Shown here in pieces: positions 27,327 to 36,667 of a stretch of 64,000 nucleotides of DNA (position 1 is its first letter; each line of letters begins with the position of its first letter). Position numbers and translations under genes: made by a program. The notes beneath the pieces are model-generated. The model saw only the letters and a list, made by a program, of their open reading frames with translations. It searched no databases and was not told the origin of the DNA. The stretch comes from Nitrospinales bacterium (GTDB lineage Bacteria > Nitrospinota > Nitrospinia > Nitrospinales > VA-1): the NCBI GenBank assembly GCA_965223795.1, contig CBDCXL010000002.1, forward strand, positions 1,216,001 to 1,280,000, in the 5' to 3' direction.

Positions 27327-27355
27327 ATTCTAGTCACCGTTTCGGGGGTTGTCAA
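27327..27355 (-). promoter_or_regulatory. sigma70 promoter of the NuoF-like gene
   Basis: TTGACA-N17-TAGAAT on the minus strand. Confidence 0.75.
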
Positions 27356-27647
27356 CGCTAAGCGGTCGAAGCCGCATGGAATCTCCGCACCGAAATCCCC
27401 GGCTTTTTAGCCGGTTACAGCCAGCGGCCTGCGGGGAAGCCGTTGAGCCCGCTTGCGCTTCGATGTCCGCCGTTTCGAAGGGCGCGCGGGAATGCCTTTG
27501 CATCCGGCCCGCGATCTCGCTCTACTTGCCTGATTTTCCGTGAGTTTTCGGCGCAGCACGAAACCGGGCCGCAGGTTGCCGAACGACCGCTGCGTTACAA
27601 TTTCTGCAAAGCGATCTCAGCCCTGCCGGTGTGATCCACCGCCCTTC

Positions 27648-28712
27648 TTACGGCGTGAGCCGGCCGATCTTGCTGTTGAACTGCCCGCGGAAATAACGGC
27701 CGGTTTCGACGAACCAGACGTTGCCGTCTTTATCCAGCGTCAGCGCGTTGGGATGCGCTTTCTTCGTGGGGATTGCAAACTCCTGCATCCCCTCGTGCGT
27801 TCCGGGCTTCGCCTTGCCCAGATCCAGAAGGCCGATGCTGTTGGCGTGGTTGAGCGCCACCCAGATGCGGTTGCGCCGATCGTCCACGACGAGATCGTGC
27901 GTGCCCTTGCGCTTTCCGGGAAGCGGGTATTCCACCAGCTTCGGCGCGCCGCCGTCGAGGTCCAGCCGCGTGATCTTGTTGGCGAAAAACTGGGTGAACC
28001 AGATGCCGCCGTCTTGCGACTTGGTCATGGCGTGCGGCACCGAGCGCTCGGGAGGCACGGCGATCTCTTCAACCACTTTGCCGGTGCTCATGTCGAGTGC
28101 GGCGACTTTGTTGAAAAACACCTTGGCCCAGAACTTGCCGCCCTGGGTGTACCAGATCTTGCCGTTGTCGATCACCAGATCGTGCGGATGGCCCGGATTG
28201 ACGGGGTGCTCTTTGATTTCGCCGGAGGCGGGATCGAGCCGTGCGATCTTGTCGGTTTCAAACTGGGCGAACCAGATGCCGCCGTCCTCCGCTTCGACGA
28301 GGTGGTGCGGTTCGCTTTTGGGCGTGGGGATGGGATACTCCTGAATCGCTCCGGTCTTGGGGTCGAGGCGGCCGATGCGGTTGCCGTTCATCTCGGAAAA
28401 CCACACCGTGCCGTTTCGGGCAACCATGATGGCGTTGGGCTGGCTGTTCTTTTGCGGCAGAGCGTATTCGGTGATGCCTTTGGACGTCCCGGCCTCCACC
28501 TTCGCCGGGTCGAGCCTGCCGATCCGGCCCGCGTTGATCATGGTGAACCATAAGATCCCATCGTTGTCGAACGCCAGTCCCGCCGGGCTGCTGTCGGCGG
28601 TGGGCGTGACGTACTCCTCGATGTTCGCGGCCTGGGCGGACTGGGCCAAAAACAACAAAACAGCGGCGGCGAACGTCCGCGCGCGGCGGAAAGCCGGGTT
28701 GTGCGGTGCCAT
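27648..28712 (-). CDS. Exported Vgb (virginiamycin B lyase)-like beta-propeller
   Basis: Signal peptide ending AQA-A; repeated blades G.IWF.....N.IGRLDP..G.I.EY. Confidence 0.85.
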   Translation of the reverse strand: MAPHNPAFRRARTFAAAVLLFLAQSAQAANIEEYVTPTADSSPAGLAFDNDGILWFTMINAGRIGRLDPAKVEAGTSKGITEYALPQKNSQPNAIMVARNGTVWFSEMNGNRIGRLDPKTGAIQEYPIPTPKSEPHHLVEAEDGGIWFAQFETDKIARLDPASGEIKEHPVNPGHPHDLVIDNGKIWYTQGGKFWAKVFFNKVAALDMSTGKVVEEIAVPPERSVPHAMTKSQDGGIWFTQFFANKITRLDLDGGAPKLVEYPLPGKRKGTHDLVVDDRRNRIWVALNHANSIGLLDLGKAKPGTHEGMQEFAIPTKKAHPNALTLDKDGNVWFVETGRYFRGQFNSKIGRLTP

Positions 28713-28827
28713 GACGAATTCCTCCTGATGGAAGCAGATTGAGGTTGATTGCGGTATGGCTTAAATATAAACTCTTACCTCAAAGTCACAACCCCGATTT
28801 TTCATTTCCCCTTCCGGTTGACACTCT

Positions 28828-30390
28828 ATGATCAAAACCACGGTTCACCATGAAGATCCACTGACGCACAAAACACCCTGTCTCATCGTTTTCTGCCCGG
28901 AGGAAGCCAAACCGGGCAAATTTCTCAAACAGATCGACTCCCGCCTCAACGGCGCGGTGACAGCCGCTTACAAAGACAAGCGCTTCGAAGGCAAGCCGCA
29001 GCAGACGCTGTGCCTGAACGCGATGGGCGCGCTGGGGGCGGAGCACGTTCTGTTGGCGGGGATCGGCGCCGTTAAAACACTCAACGTGGAGACCGTGCGC
29101 CAGGCGGCGGGATGCGCCGCGAAAGCGGCGGAGCAGGCGCGCATGGCGAAGGCTTCGTTTTATCTGGAGGACGCCTCCGTGGGCAAGGCGTTCGCCGGCG
29201 GTAAAAACAAGGATCACGCCGCCGGTGCGGTGACGGAAGGGAGCCTTCTGGCGCTCTATCACTTCGATCATTACAAAAGCGCGGACGACGGCGACAAGCC
29301 GAGCCGCCTCGAAGCGGTCGCGCTGTTGTGCGATGCGAAAGCACAGGTGGCCGCCGCCAGGGCCGCGATGGACAAGGCACGCGCCCTGGCCCAGGCGGTG
29401 TGCCTGACCCGCGATCTCATCCTGCACCCGTCCAACCGGGCCACGCCTTCGTACCTCGCGCAGCAGGCGCGCGCGATCGCGAAGAAACCGAAAGTCACCT
29501 GCAAGGTGCTCGGCGAAAAGGAAATGAAGAAGCTCGGCATGGGCTCGTTTCTCGGCGTGTCCAAGGGCAGCCACGAGCCGCCGGCGTTCATCGTGCTGGA
29601 GTATTCGGGCGGCAAAAAATCCGACGCTCCCGTGGTGATCGTGGGCAAGGCGGTGACCTTCGACACGGGCGGCATCTCGCTCAAGCCGCCCGCCAACATG
29701 GATGAGATGAAGATGGACATGTCCGGCGGCGCGGTGACGCTGGGGACGCTTCAGGCGGCGGCGGACCTCAAGCTGCCGATCAACGTGGTGGGACTGGTGC
29801 CGGCGACGGAAAACATGCCGGGCGGTTCGGCGACCAAGCCGGGGGACGTTCTCACCAGCATGTCGGGGAAAACCATCGAGGTGCTCAACACCGACGCGGA
29901 GGGCCGGCTGATCCTGGCGGACGCGCTGAGCTACGCGGCGCGCTACAAGCCCAAAGCGCTGATCGACCTGGCCACGCTGACCGGAGCGGTGATCGTGGCG
30001 CTGGGGCATTACGCGGCGGCGGTGATCGGCAACGACGACGGCCTGATCGAAAAACTCAAAAACAGCGGCGAGGAAACGGGCGAGCGTGTGTGGCCGCTGC
30101 CGCTGTGGGACGAGCACGACAAGGCGGTCAAGGGAACGATCGCGGATCTGAAAAACATCGCCGCGCCGGGCGTCGGGGCGGGCACGATCATGGGCGCGGC
30201 GTTTTTAAAGCCGTTCGCCGGAGAGGGCCCGTGGACCCACATCGACATCGCGGGGACTTCCTGGTCGGGCGAGGAAAAACCCTACGTCCCCAAAGGCGCG
30301 TCGGGATTCGGGGTGCGCCTGCTGACGCATTTTCTCGAACAGGAAGCGAACGCGGGCAAACCGAAACGCAAAAGCGCGCGCAAAAAATAA
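28828..30390 (+). CDS. pepA: Leucyl aminopeptidase (M17)
   Basis: GKAVTFDTGG, MKMDMSG, NTDAEGRL, ATLTGA, HIDIAG. Confidence 0.97.
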   Translation: MIKTTVHHEDPLTHKTPCLIVFCPEEAKPGKFLKQIDSRLNGAVTAAYKDKRFEGKPQQTLCLNAMGALGAEHVLLAGIGAVKTLNVETVRQAAGCAAKAAEQARMAKASFYLEDASVGKAFAGGKNKDHAAGAVTEGSLLALYHFDHYKSADDGDKPSRLEAVALLCDAKAQVAAARAAMDKARALAQAVCLTRDLILHPSNRATPSYLAQQARAIAKKPKVTCKVLGEKEMKKLGMGSFLGVSKGSHEPPAFIVLEYSGGKKSDAPVVIVGKAVTFDTGGISLKPPANMDEMKMDMSGGAVTLGTLQAAADLKLPINVVGLVPATENMPGGSATKPGDVLTSMSGKTIEVLNTDAEGRLILADALSYAARYKPKALIDLATLTGAVIVALGHYAAAVIGNDDGLIEKLKNSGEETGERVWPLPLWDEHDKAVKGTIADLKNIAAPGVGAGTIMGAAFLKPFAGEGPWTHIDIAGTSWSGEEKPYVPKGASGFGVRLLTHFLEQEANAGKPKRKSARKK

Positions 30391-30434
30391 CACGTCTGGT
30401 TAGACTTCATTGTTAAAGCGGAGACGCGGAGCCC

Positions 30435-30920
30435 TTGCCCAGTTTCTTCATCGTTTTTTTGCATCTTTCGGCCGCGGCGGTGGCCATCGGCAGCCTGGCC
30501 TACGGTCTGATGGTGCTGCTGCCGGCAGTGGAAAAAGAGGCAACGTCGAAGCCCGATGAAAACGCCCCCGCCTACAAAATCCTCACGACGCTGCAACCCA
30601 CGGTGTTCGTGTCGCTGCTCATCCTGGTGGGAACCGGCATCTACACGCTGCTGACCCAGTATTCGCGCCAGGGCGAACTGCCTTCCAGCTATTACGACAT
30701 TCTTGGGATCAAGATGGTGTTTGCGCTGACGGCGGTGGCGCTCAGCCTGTACCAGACCTTTTCACTGCGGCCGCAGATTTCCGACCTGGACATCCGCCCG
30801 GAAAAACGCAAGCAGATTCCCGCCGTGCTCAAGCGCATGCGCACGTTGAGCCAGCTCACGCTGACGGCGGCGGCGGCGGCACTGTTTCTCGGTGTCTGGC
30901 TGGCGCGCATCGCGGGATAA
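30435..30920 (+). CDS. Four-TM membrane protein, CopD-like
   Basis: FLHL..AAVAIG, ILVGTGIY and LGIKMVF pattern; TTG start after GGAG. Confidence 0.6.
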   Translation: MPSFFIVFLHLSAAAVAIGSLAYGLMVLLPAVEKEATSKPDENAPAYKILTTLQPTVFVSLLILVGTGIYTLLTQYSRQGELPSSYYDILGIKMVFALTAVALSLYQTFSLRPQISDLDIRPEKRKQIPAVLKRMRTLSQLTLTAAAAALFLGVWLARIAG

Positions 30921-31018
30921 CGTGACGCCCCCGCCGTAATCGAAAAAGATGCAATTAAGCATTGAGGGTGAAGAACGATTTGGGTAGCATGAAGTAGGAC
31001 CTGCAAACGAGACCCGCC

Positions 31019-31318
31019 ATGAACGAAGAACAATCCAACCCCACGCCTGAACCGCAGGAAGCCGCGGACACGCCGCAAACGCCTGCGGAGCCTGTCGAGA
31101 CCGGAGACGCCGCGTCCGCCAGCGATCCCCACACGCACGAGATCGACCTCAACCCGCTGTTTCCCGGTGAGGACAAGGACCTGAACGCGCTGTTTCCGGA
31201 CCAGGAGATGAAACAGTTCTTAAAAAGCCTGAGCCGCAATAAGAAGGATCTGTCGGCGCTCAACGAACGCTTCATCCAGGAAAACCAGCGCGACGAAACT
31301 CCGGAAGAATCCATTTGA
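31019..31318 (+). CDS. Small acidic hypothetical protein
   Basis: Coding-like codon use; internal repeat DLNPLFPG / DLNALFPD. Confidence 0.6.
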   Translation: MNEEQSNPTPEPQEAADTPQTPAEPVETGDAASASDPHTHEIDLNPLFPGEDKDLNALFPDQEMKQFLKSLSRNKKDLSALNERFIQENQRDETPEESI

Positions 31319-31404
31319 CGGCAACCGCAGGCTCGCGGTGACACTCATGCCTGCGATGCGGCAGGGGTGCGTGCATTGTACGGAGATTGGCGTTGCGTTG
31401 CGGA

Positions 31405-32205
31405 TCAGAGTTCGTGCTGCGGGACTTTCGGCGGGTGCGCCGGAGGCGGCTGACGGGGAGCGTAGTCGCGCTGGGAATGCGAAGAAGGGCTTTTTTTCCT
31501 TTTGATCACGGCGATGACGTTGGTGATGTGATCGTAGCCCATCTGATCCCTGAGCTCGGCGAAGGTCTCCTGGGCGTGGGTGAAGTTTTCCAGCGCCAGA
31601 GGCAGCTCTTCGGTTTTCCAGTAGAACTGGCCGATCGCTTCGTACACCTTGGCGCGGTCGCGGTGCACGGGCGCTTTCGCAATGGCCGTCTGCGCTTTCT
31701 GATACCACTCTTTGGCGGGAGCCCTCTGGTCCAGGCTCATGTATAAATCGCCAATGTCCTTGAGGGCCCGGCCTTCTCCCAGAGAGTCCTGATTCTGCGT
31801 GTGGAATTTCACCGCTTCCTTATAACTGGTTTCCGCTTCTTCGGGTTCGTTGGCGAATTTATAGAGATCGCCCAGCGATTCGTAGGTCTTCGCCACGCGT
31901 TTGAAATTTTTTCGGGCTTCAAAAAGCACGATGGCTTTGCGGTAGTTGTCCGCGCCCTTGGCGAACTCGTGGTAAAAATAATTCTCCGAAGCTTGCTGCA
32001 GAAGTTTTGTCGCCTCGTCTTCCTTCTCCATCGGCGGCGAGTACAATTCTCCGGGTTCCTGGCCGTGGCTGGAAGCCAGGGATTCGCCCTCGCTTTCGAT
32101 CAGACCGGACTTGTTGATCCAAACGGACACGCCGATCATCAGAAGCAGGCAGGTCATGAGGATGATTCTGAAAGGCGTGAATTTGCGGAAGGGGTTGTTC
32201 GCCAC
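31405..32205 (-). CDS. Membrane-anchored TPR protein
   Basis: N-terminal TM; helical repeats AKTYESLGDLY, GRALKDIGDLY, AKVYEAIGQFY; GAGGGA RBS. Confidence 0.82.
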   Translation of the reverse strand: MANNPFRKFTPFRIILMTCLLLMIGVSVWINKSGLIESEGESLASSHGQEPGELYSPPMEKEDEATKLLQQASENYFYHEFAKGADNYRKAIVLFEARKNFKRVAKTYESLGDLYKFANEPEEAETSYKEAVKFHTQNQDSLGEGRALKDIGDLYMSLDQRAPAKEWYQKAQTAIAKAPVHRDRAKVYEAIGQFYWKTEELPLALENFTHAQETFAELRDQMGYDHITNVIAVIKRKKSPSSHSQRDYAPRQPPPAHPPKVPQHEL

Positions 32206-32279
32206 GGTGGTTCCCTCGTCGAGAATTCTCGATCTCAGTATACACCAAATCGGGCGCGGGGCTGGAACGGGATGCCGGT

Positions 32280-33275
32280 TTATTGTGTTTCCACGCGCAG
32301 CCCGCGGCTCACGAATTTGAAATCGAGAACGTTTCCCCCCTGATTTTTAAGGGCGTCCTCCACGGCCGCCTTGCGGCCTTGTTTCACGATGAAAGCGACG
32401 CAGCCGCCGCCCCCGGCGCCGCAGACCTTGCCGGCAAGAGCGCCGTTTTTCTCCGCGGCGCGGAACAGGCGGTCCATGTGAGGCGTGCGGATTCCGGGCG
32501 CGAGGGCCTTTCGGGCCCGCCATTCCTCGGCGAACAGCGGAGCGATGCGGTCCCAGCTGGCGGCGCCGGAAAACGCCCGCCGCATTTTTTTGGCGATGGT
32601 TTGAATCGCTTCCAGGTGCCCGCGGGTTTTGCCGTTGCCGTCGATGATTTTTTTCGTCACGTCCCAGTTGTTGATGCCGGAATTGCGCGGTTCGCCCGTA
32701 TAGCACAGCACGAAACGGCGGTTCATTTCTTTGCGGTCGGTCTTCACACGCTCAAACTCCACGCCCGCCAGGCCGGGCTCCACGGCCAGGGTGCCGCCGT
32801 GCGCGGCGGGGAAATAATCCTGCCAGCCTGCGGGGACGGCGATGACCTGGGTCTCGATGTCGCGGGCGAGATGAATCATGTGGTCTTTGGACGTGCGTTT
32901 GTTCACGAACGCCTGAATCGCGCCGTGCAGGGCGATGCTCAATGCGGAGGAACCGCCGATTCCGGATCCTTTGGGCGCCTGGCACCGGGTCACGAGGTGG
33001 AGTCCCTTGCCGGGCCGGTAATGCCTGAGTGTGCGCACGATCAGATCGAGCGTGTGGTTTTGCGGCAGGGCGTCGATCGAGGCGAATTGTTTTTTCAGAT
33101 TGAGGTCTTTCGACTCGATGACGATTTTTTTATCCTTGCGGGCGGTGATCTCCACGGTGGCGTACAGGTTGATCGCCGTGTTCAGTGTGGGAGCCTGATA
33201 AAAAAGATAGAGGGGCCAGATGTCGAGGGTGCCCCCGGCCAGGTCGATGCGGGTGGGGGCGGAACTTCGTATCAT
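32280..33275 (-). CDS. GHMP-family sugar kinase (HddA-like)
   Basis: APTRIDLAGGTLD, PKGSGIGGSS, GWQDY, GKVCGAGGGG. Confidence 0.9.
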   Translation of the reverse strand: MIRSSAPTRIDLAGGTLDIWPLYLFYQAPTLNTAINLYATVEITARKDKKIVIESKDLNLKKQFASIDALPQNHTLDLIVRTLRHYRPGKGLHLVTRCQAPKGSGIGGSSALSIALHGAIQAFVNKRTSKDHMIHLARDIETQVIAVPAGWQDYFPAAHGGTLAVEPGLAGVEFERVKTDRKEMNRRFVLCYTGEPRNSGINNWDVTKKIIDGNGKTRGHLEAIQTIAKKMRRAFSGAASWDRIAPLFAEEWRARKALAPGIRTPHMDRLFRAAEKNGALAGKVCGAGGGGCVAFIVKQGRKAAVEDALKNQGGNVLDFKFVSRGLRVETQ

Positions 33276-33365
33276 AGGAATCAAAAGGGAGGAAAACCCT
33301 CCCGGAAGCGGCGGCAACGGCCGGTTCCGGGATTCAGGGTCGATTCGGGAATTTTCAGATACCGC

Positions 33366-34034
33366 TCAAAGCTTTTCGGAAACCTCTTCTCCGTTGTTGG
33401 TTTCGATTTCGCTGATCTTGGCGGTCAGCTTCTCCACCAGCTTCTGGTAGGAATGCTTGCGGATGATCTTGGAAAACTGCGACCGGTAGTTGCGGATCAT
33501 GCTGACGCCTTCGACGATGAAATCGTAGACCAGCCACTGCCCTTTATCCTGGATCAGCTTGTAATCGACGCCGATGGTGCTGTCCTTGCGCACGATTTCG
33601 GTTTTGACCAGGGCGTATTTCCCTTTCACGACTTCATCGATGTAATTGATCTTTTCGTTGCTGTAGGATTCGATCTTGCTGGCGTACGAGTTTTCCAGCA
33701 GTTTTTTGAACAGAGCGATGAACTCTTCGCGTTCCTGCGGGGTGCGGTCGTTCCAGGCCTTGGCCAGCGAACGCATCACCATCTGCTGGTAGTTGAACCG
33801 CTTCTCGATCGCACCGCGGATCTTGTCGCGCCGCGCAGCGTGCTTGTCTTTGAGCGTATCATCGCTGACGATCGAGATGACTTCGTCGATCGTGGACTTC
33901 AGATCCGCGGTGATCTCGGTTCCGGCGGCAAACGACTGTCCTGCGCATAACAGCAACCCCATCAACACACAAGTGATCACGCCGACACGCACCTGTTTTA
34001 AGATCATGCCAAGGTCTCCAAATTGTTTTTTCAT
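33366..34034 (-). CDS. mlaC: MlaC/Ttg2D phospholipid-binding protein
   Basis: W.VYDFIVEGVSMIRNYRSQF; position in the mla operon. Confidence 0.92.
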   Translation of the reverse strand: MKKQFGDLGMILKQVRVGVITCVLMGLLLCAGQSFAAGTEITADLKSTIDEVISIVSDDTLKDKHAARRDKIRGAIEKRFNYQQMVMRSLAKAWNDRTPQEREEFIALFKKLLENSYASKIESYSNEKINYIDEVVKGKYALVKTEIVRKDSTIGVDYKLIQDKGQWLVYDFIVEGVSMIRNYRSQFSKIIRKHSYQKLVEKLTAKISEIETNNGEEVSEKL

Positions 34035-34038
34035 ATTT

Positions 34039-34479
34039 TTACACCTTACCAAAGATAAATTCACTTATCAAATTTTCCAAATCGATAACGGATTCGGTCT
34101 CCATCATGACGTCGCCGGGCTGGACGTTATCCGGGGAACCGCCTGGAGACACGTTGACCATTTTGGCGCCGATCAGACCGCGCGTTTTCACCGACACGAT
34201 GGAGTCGTCGGGCAGCTCGATTTCCTTACGCAATCTCAGCTCGACACGGGCCATGCCGTCGACGAGGGAAATCGTGCCGACGCTGCCGATGTTGACGCCG
34301 GCGATTTCGATGTCCGCATTCTCACGCAGTCCGGCGATGGAGCTGAAGTCCGCGTACACCGAGTAATGATTGCTCCCCAGGATCTCCTTCTTGCCGAGCT
34401 TGAAGGACAGGTAGCCCAGGCAGACGATGCCCACCACCGCAAATATGCCCACCGCTGTTTCAAGCGTGAATCGATTCAT
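34039..34479 (-). CDS. mlaD: MCE-domain protein MlaD
   Basis: ETAVGIF, AGL...IAGVNIGSV, KTRGLIG, SVIDLENLISEF. Confidence 0.93.
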   Translation of the reverse strand: MNRFTLETAVGIFAVVGIVCLGYLSFKLGKKEILGSNHYSVYADFSSIAGLRENADIEIAGVNIGSVGTISLVDGMARVELRLRKEIELPDDSIVSVKTRGLIGAKMVNVSPGGSPDNVQPGDVMMETESVIDLENLISEFIFGKV

Positions 34480-34539
34480 GCGCCGCCCCCTCATTCACTG
34501 TCTGTTTACACCCGATGATTTAAAACTGCCGTCCGTCTC

Positions 34540-35286
34540 TCAGTTGACGCTGATGGGGCCTTCGATCTCCCCTTTCAAAAACTGCTGCACTCCCGGATCG
34601 CGGGACTGCTGAAACTCTTCCGCGGTGCCTTCCTCGACGATGACGCCGCCGTTCAGCATGACGACGAAATCGCTGATCTCGAACACATCGGGAATGTCGT
34701 GGCTGACGACCACCGCCGTGCATTTCACCCGCCGCTGCGTGTCGTAGATCAGCTGGTGGATGGCTTTTTTCATGATCGGATCGAGCCCGGTCGTCGGTTC
34801 GTCGAACAGCACGATCTCGGGCTGCATGATCAGCGCCCGCGCCAGCCCCACGCGCTTGCGCATGCCGCCGCTCAACTGCGAGGGGAACTTGTCGTTCATG
34901 CCGACGATGCCGACGTTTCTGAGTTCGTTTTCGACCCGCTCCCTGATTTCGGGACGCGACAACCGGGTTTTCTCTTGCAAAGGAAACGCGACGTTTTCGA
35001 ACACGGTCATCGAATCGAGCAGCGCCGCTCCCTGAAACAGCATGCCGAATTTGTTCCTCAGCTCGTTGAGCCCGCGGCTGTTCAGGCCGGTGATGTCCAC
35101 GTCGTCGATCCACAGCCCGCCCGAATCGGGTTTCAAAAGACCGATGATGTGCTTGAGCAGGACGGTCTTGCCGCAGCCGCTGCGCCCGACGATGGTGGTG
35201 ATCTTGTTGTCGGGGATGTCGAGCTTGACGCCGCGCAGCACTTCCTGCTGCATGAAATTTTTTTTCAGGTCCCTTATTTTAATCAT
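34540..35286 (-). CDS. mlaF: ABC ATPase MlaF
   Basis: GRSGCGKT, FQGAALLDS, LSGGMRKRVGLAR, DEPTTGLDP. Confidence 0.94.
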   Translation of the reverse strand: MIKIRDLKKNFMQQEVLRGVKLDIPDNKITTIVGRSGCGKTVLLKHIIGLLKPDSGGLWIDDVDITGLNSRGLNELRNKFGMLFQGAALLDSMTVFENVAFPLQEKTRLSRPEIRERVENELRNVGIVGMNDKFPSQLSGGMRKRVGLARALIMQPEIVLFDEPTTGLDPIMKKAIHQLIYDTQRRVKCTAVVVSHDIPDVFEISDFVVMLNGGVIVEEGTAEEFQQSRDPGVQQFLKGEIEGPISVN

Positions 35287-35379
35287 GAATTCGCTTGAAA
35301 ATTCCCAGGTTGTGACGCCGCTCACAACTTTTTCCGTGCTTATCAAGTCCTGGCAACAGCCGTTTCCTTACGCCCGGGC

Positions 35380-36162
35380 TCAAACCAGGACCGTGGTGAT
35401 GAAATAATTCCAGATCAGCACGCTGACCGACGACACCACGACCGCCGTGGTGGTGGCGTGGCCGACGCCTTCGGCGCCCTGGCCGCTGTACACGTTGGTG
35501 TAGAACCCCTCGAAACAGCACACCCAGCTGATGACGAGAGCGAACGTCACGGATTTCACGATGCCGGCGTACACGTCGTCCCAGCCGACGCTCGATTCCA
35601 TGCTGCCGGTGAAATCGCCGGCGCTCACGCCCAGCATCTTCACGCCGGTGATGTAGCCGCCGGTGATCCCGACCACGTCGAAGATCGCCGTCAACAGCGG
35701 CACGCAGAACAGCGCCGCCAGCACTTTCGGGACCACCACGTATTTCATCGGATTGAGCGCCATGGTGTCGAGGGCGTCGAGCTGCTCGGAGATGCGCATG
35801 ATGCCGATCTCCGCGGCGATGGCGGAGCCGGCCCGGCCGGTCACCATGAGCGCGGAGAGCACCGGGCCAAGCTGCTGCACCAGGGTCCAGGCCACCATGG
35901 CCCCGAGCTGGCTTTCGGAACCGTAGTCGCTCAGGATGCTGAACCCGGCCACTCCCAGCACCATGCCGGTGAAGGACGCGGTCAGGATGATGATCATGAG
36001 CGAGCGCACGCCGATGAAATGGATCTGCTTGATCAGCTCGCGAAACAGCACCGGCGGCCGGAACGCCCAAAGGAGGGTGCTGCCCAGAAACAGGAACTGG
36101 CAGCCCAGCCGTTCCAGAAAATAGACTCCCCAGGCCCCCCAGCGCTGAATGAGATGCGTCAT
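35380..36162 (-). CDS. mlaE: ABC permease MlaE
   Basis: LGPVLSALMVTGRAGSAIAAEIG, EQLDAL, GAEGVGHATT. Confidence 0.95.
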   Translation of the reverse strand: MTHLIQRWGAWGVYFLERLGCQFLFLGSTLLWAFRPPVLFRELIKQIHFIGVRSLMIIILTASFTGMVLGVAGFSILSDYGSESQLGAMVAWTLVQQLGPVLSALMVTGRAGSAIAAEIGIMRISEQLDALDTMALNPMKYVVVPKVLAALFCVPLLTAIFDVVGITGGYITGVKMLGVSAGDFTGSMESSVGWDDVYAGIVKSVTFALVISWVCCFEGFYTNVYSGQGAEGVGHATTTAVVVSSVSVLIWNYFITTVLV

Positions 36163-36422
36163 CGCACGCGGCCCGCATCCATACCCCCGGCAGACACTAA
36201 GCTGGGTGCGGCTTCTCTGAGGCAGGCTCGGAGGGGTGAGGTCATCAACTGGAATTCAACTCTAATTGGCGAACCTTGCCTCCCGGCATGGGTGTGCGGG
36301 TTCGCGAGGCGGAACGGGCTCTGGTTTCAGAATGCGATCGCTGAAGAAAGTTCGAAATTCCCTGGAAAATGGGAATTTACCGTGACCCGAAAGGGTTTCT
36401 CACGCCCGATCGGGGTTCCCGG

Positions 36423-36451
36423 AAGTTATCACGAAAGGACAGGAGAGTCAA
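36423..36451 (-). promoter_or_regulatory. sigma70-type promoter for the mla operon
   Basis: TTGACT-N17-TAACTT on the minus strand. Confidence 0.55.
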
Positions 36452-36567
36452 CACGATTCCCCAAACGGAACTTCCGCAAACCATTCAGTTTAAAGGGATA
36501 ACACAACCCGGCCGGAATTGCCCGAAAACGTCCCGGCGGTTAAATTTAAACAAATTTTGCGATATTG

Positions 36568-36596
36568 TTGACAACTCCTCCATTGTTTAATATATT
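36568..36596 (+). promoter_or_regulatory. sigma70-type promoter for the lipoprotein pair
   Basis: TTGACA-N17-TATATT. Confidence 0.7.
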
Positions 36597-36667
36597 GAAA
36601 TTTCTCAACTAATAAATTTGAGCTTTCAATTTCAACGTTTTTTTCGCTGTTCGAACGGGCCGCTTTC

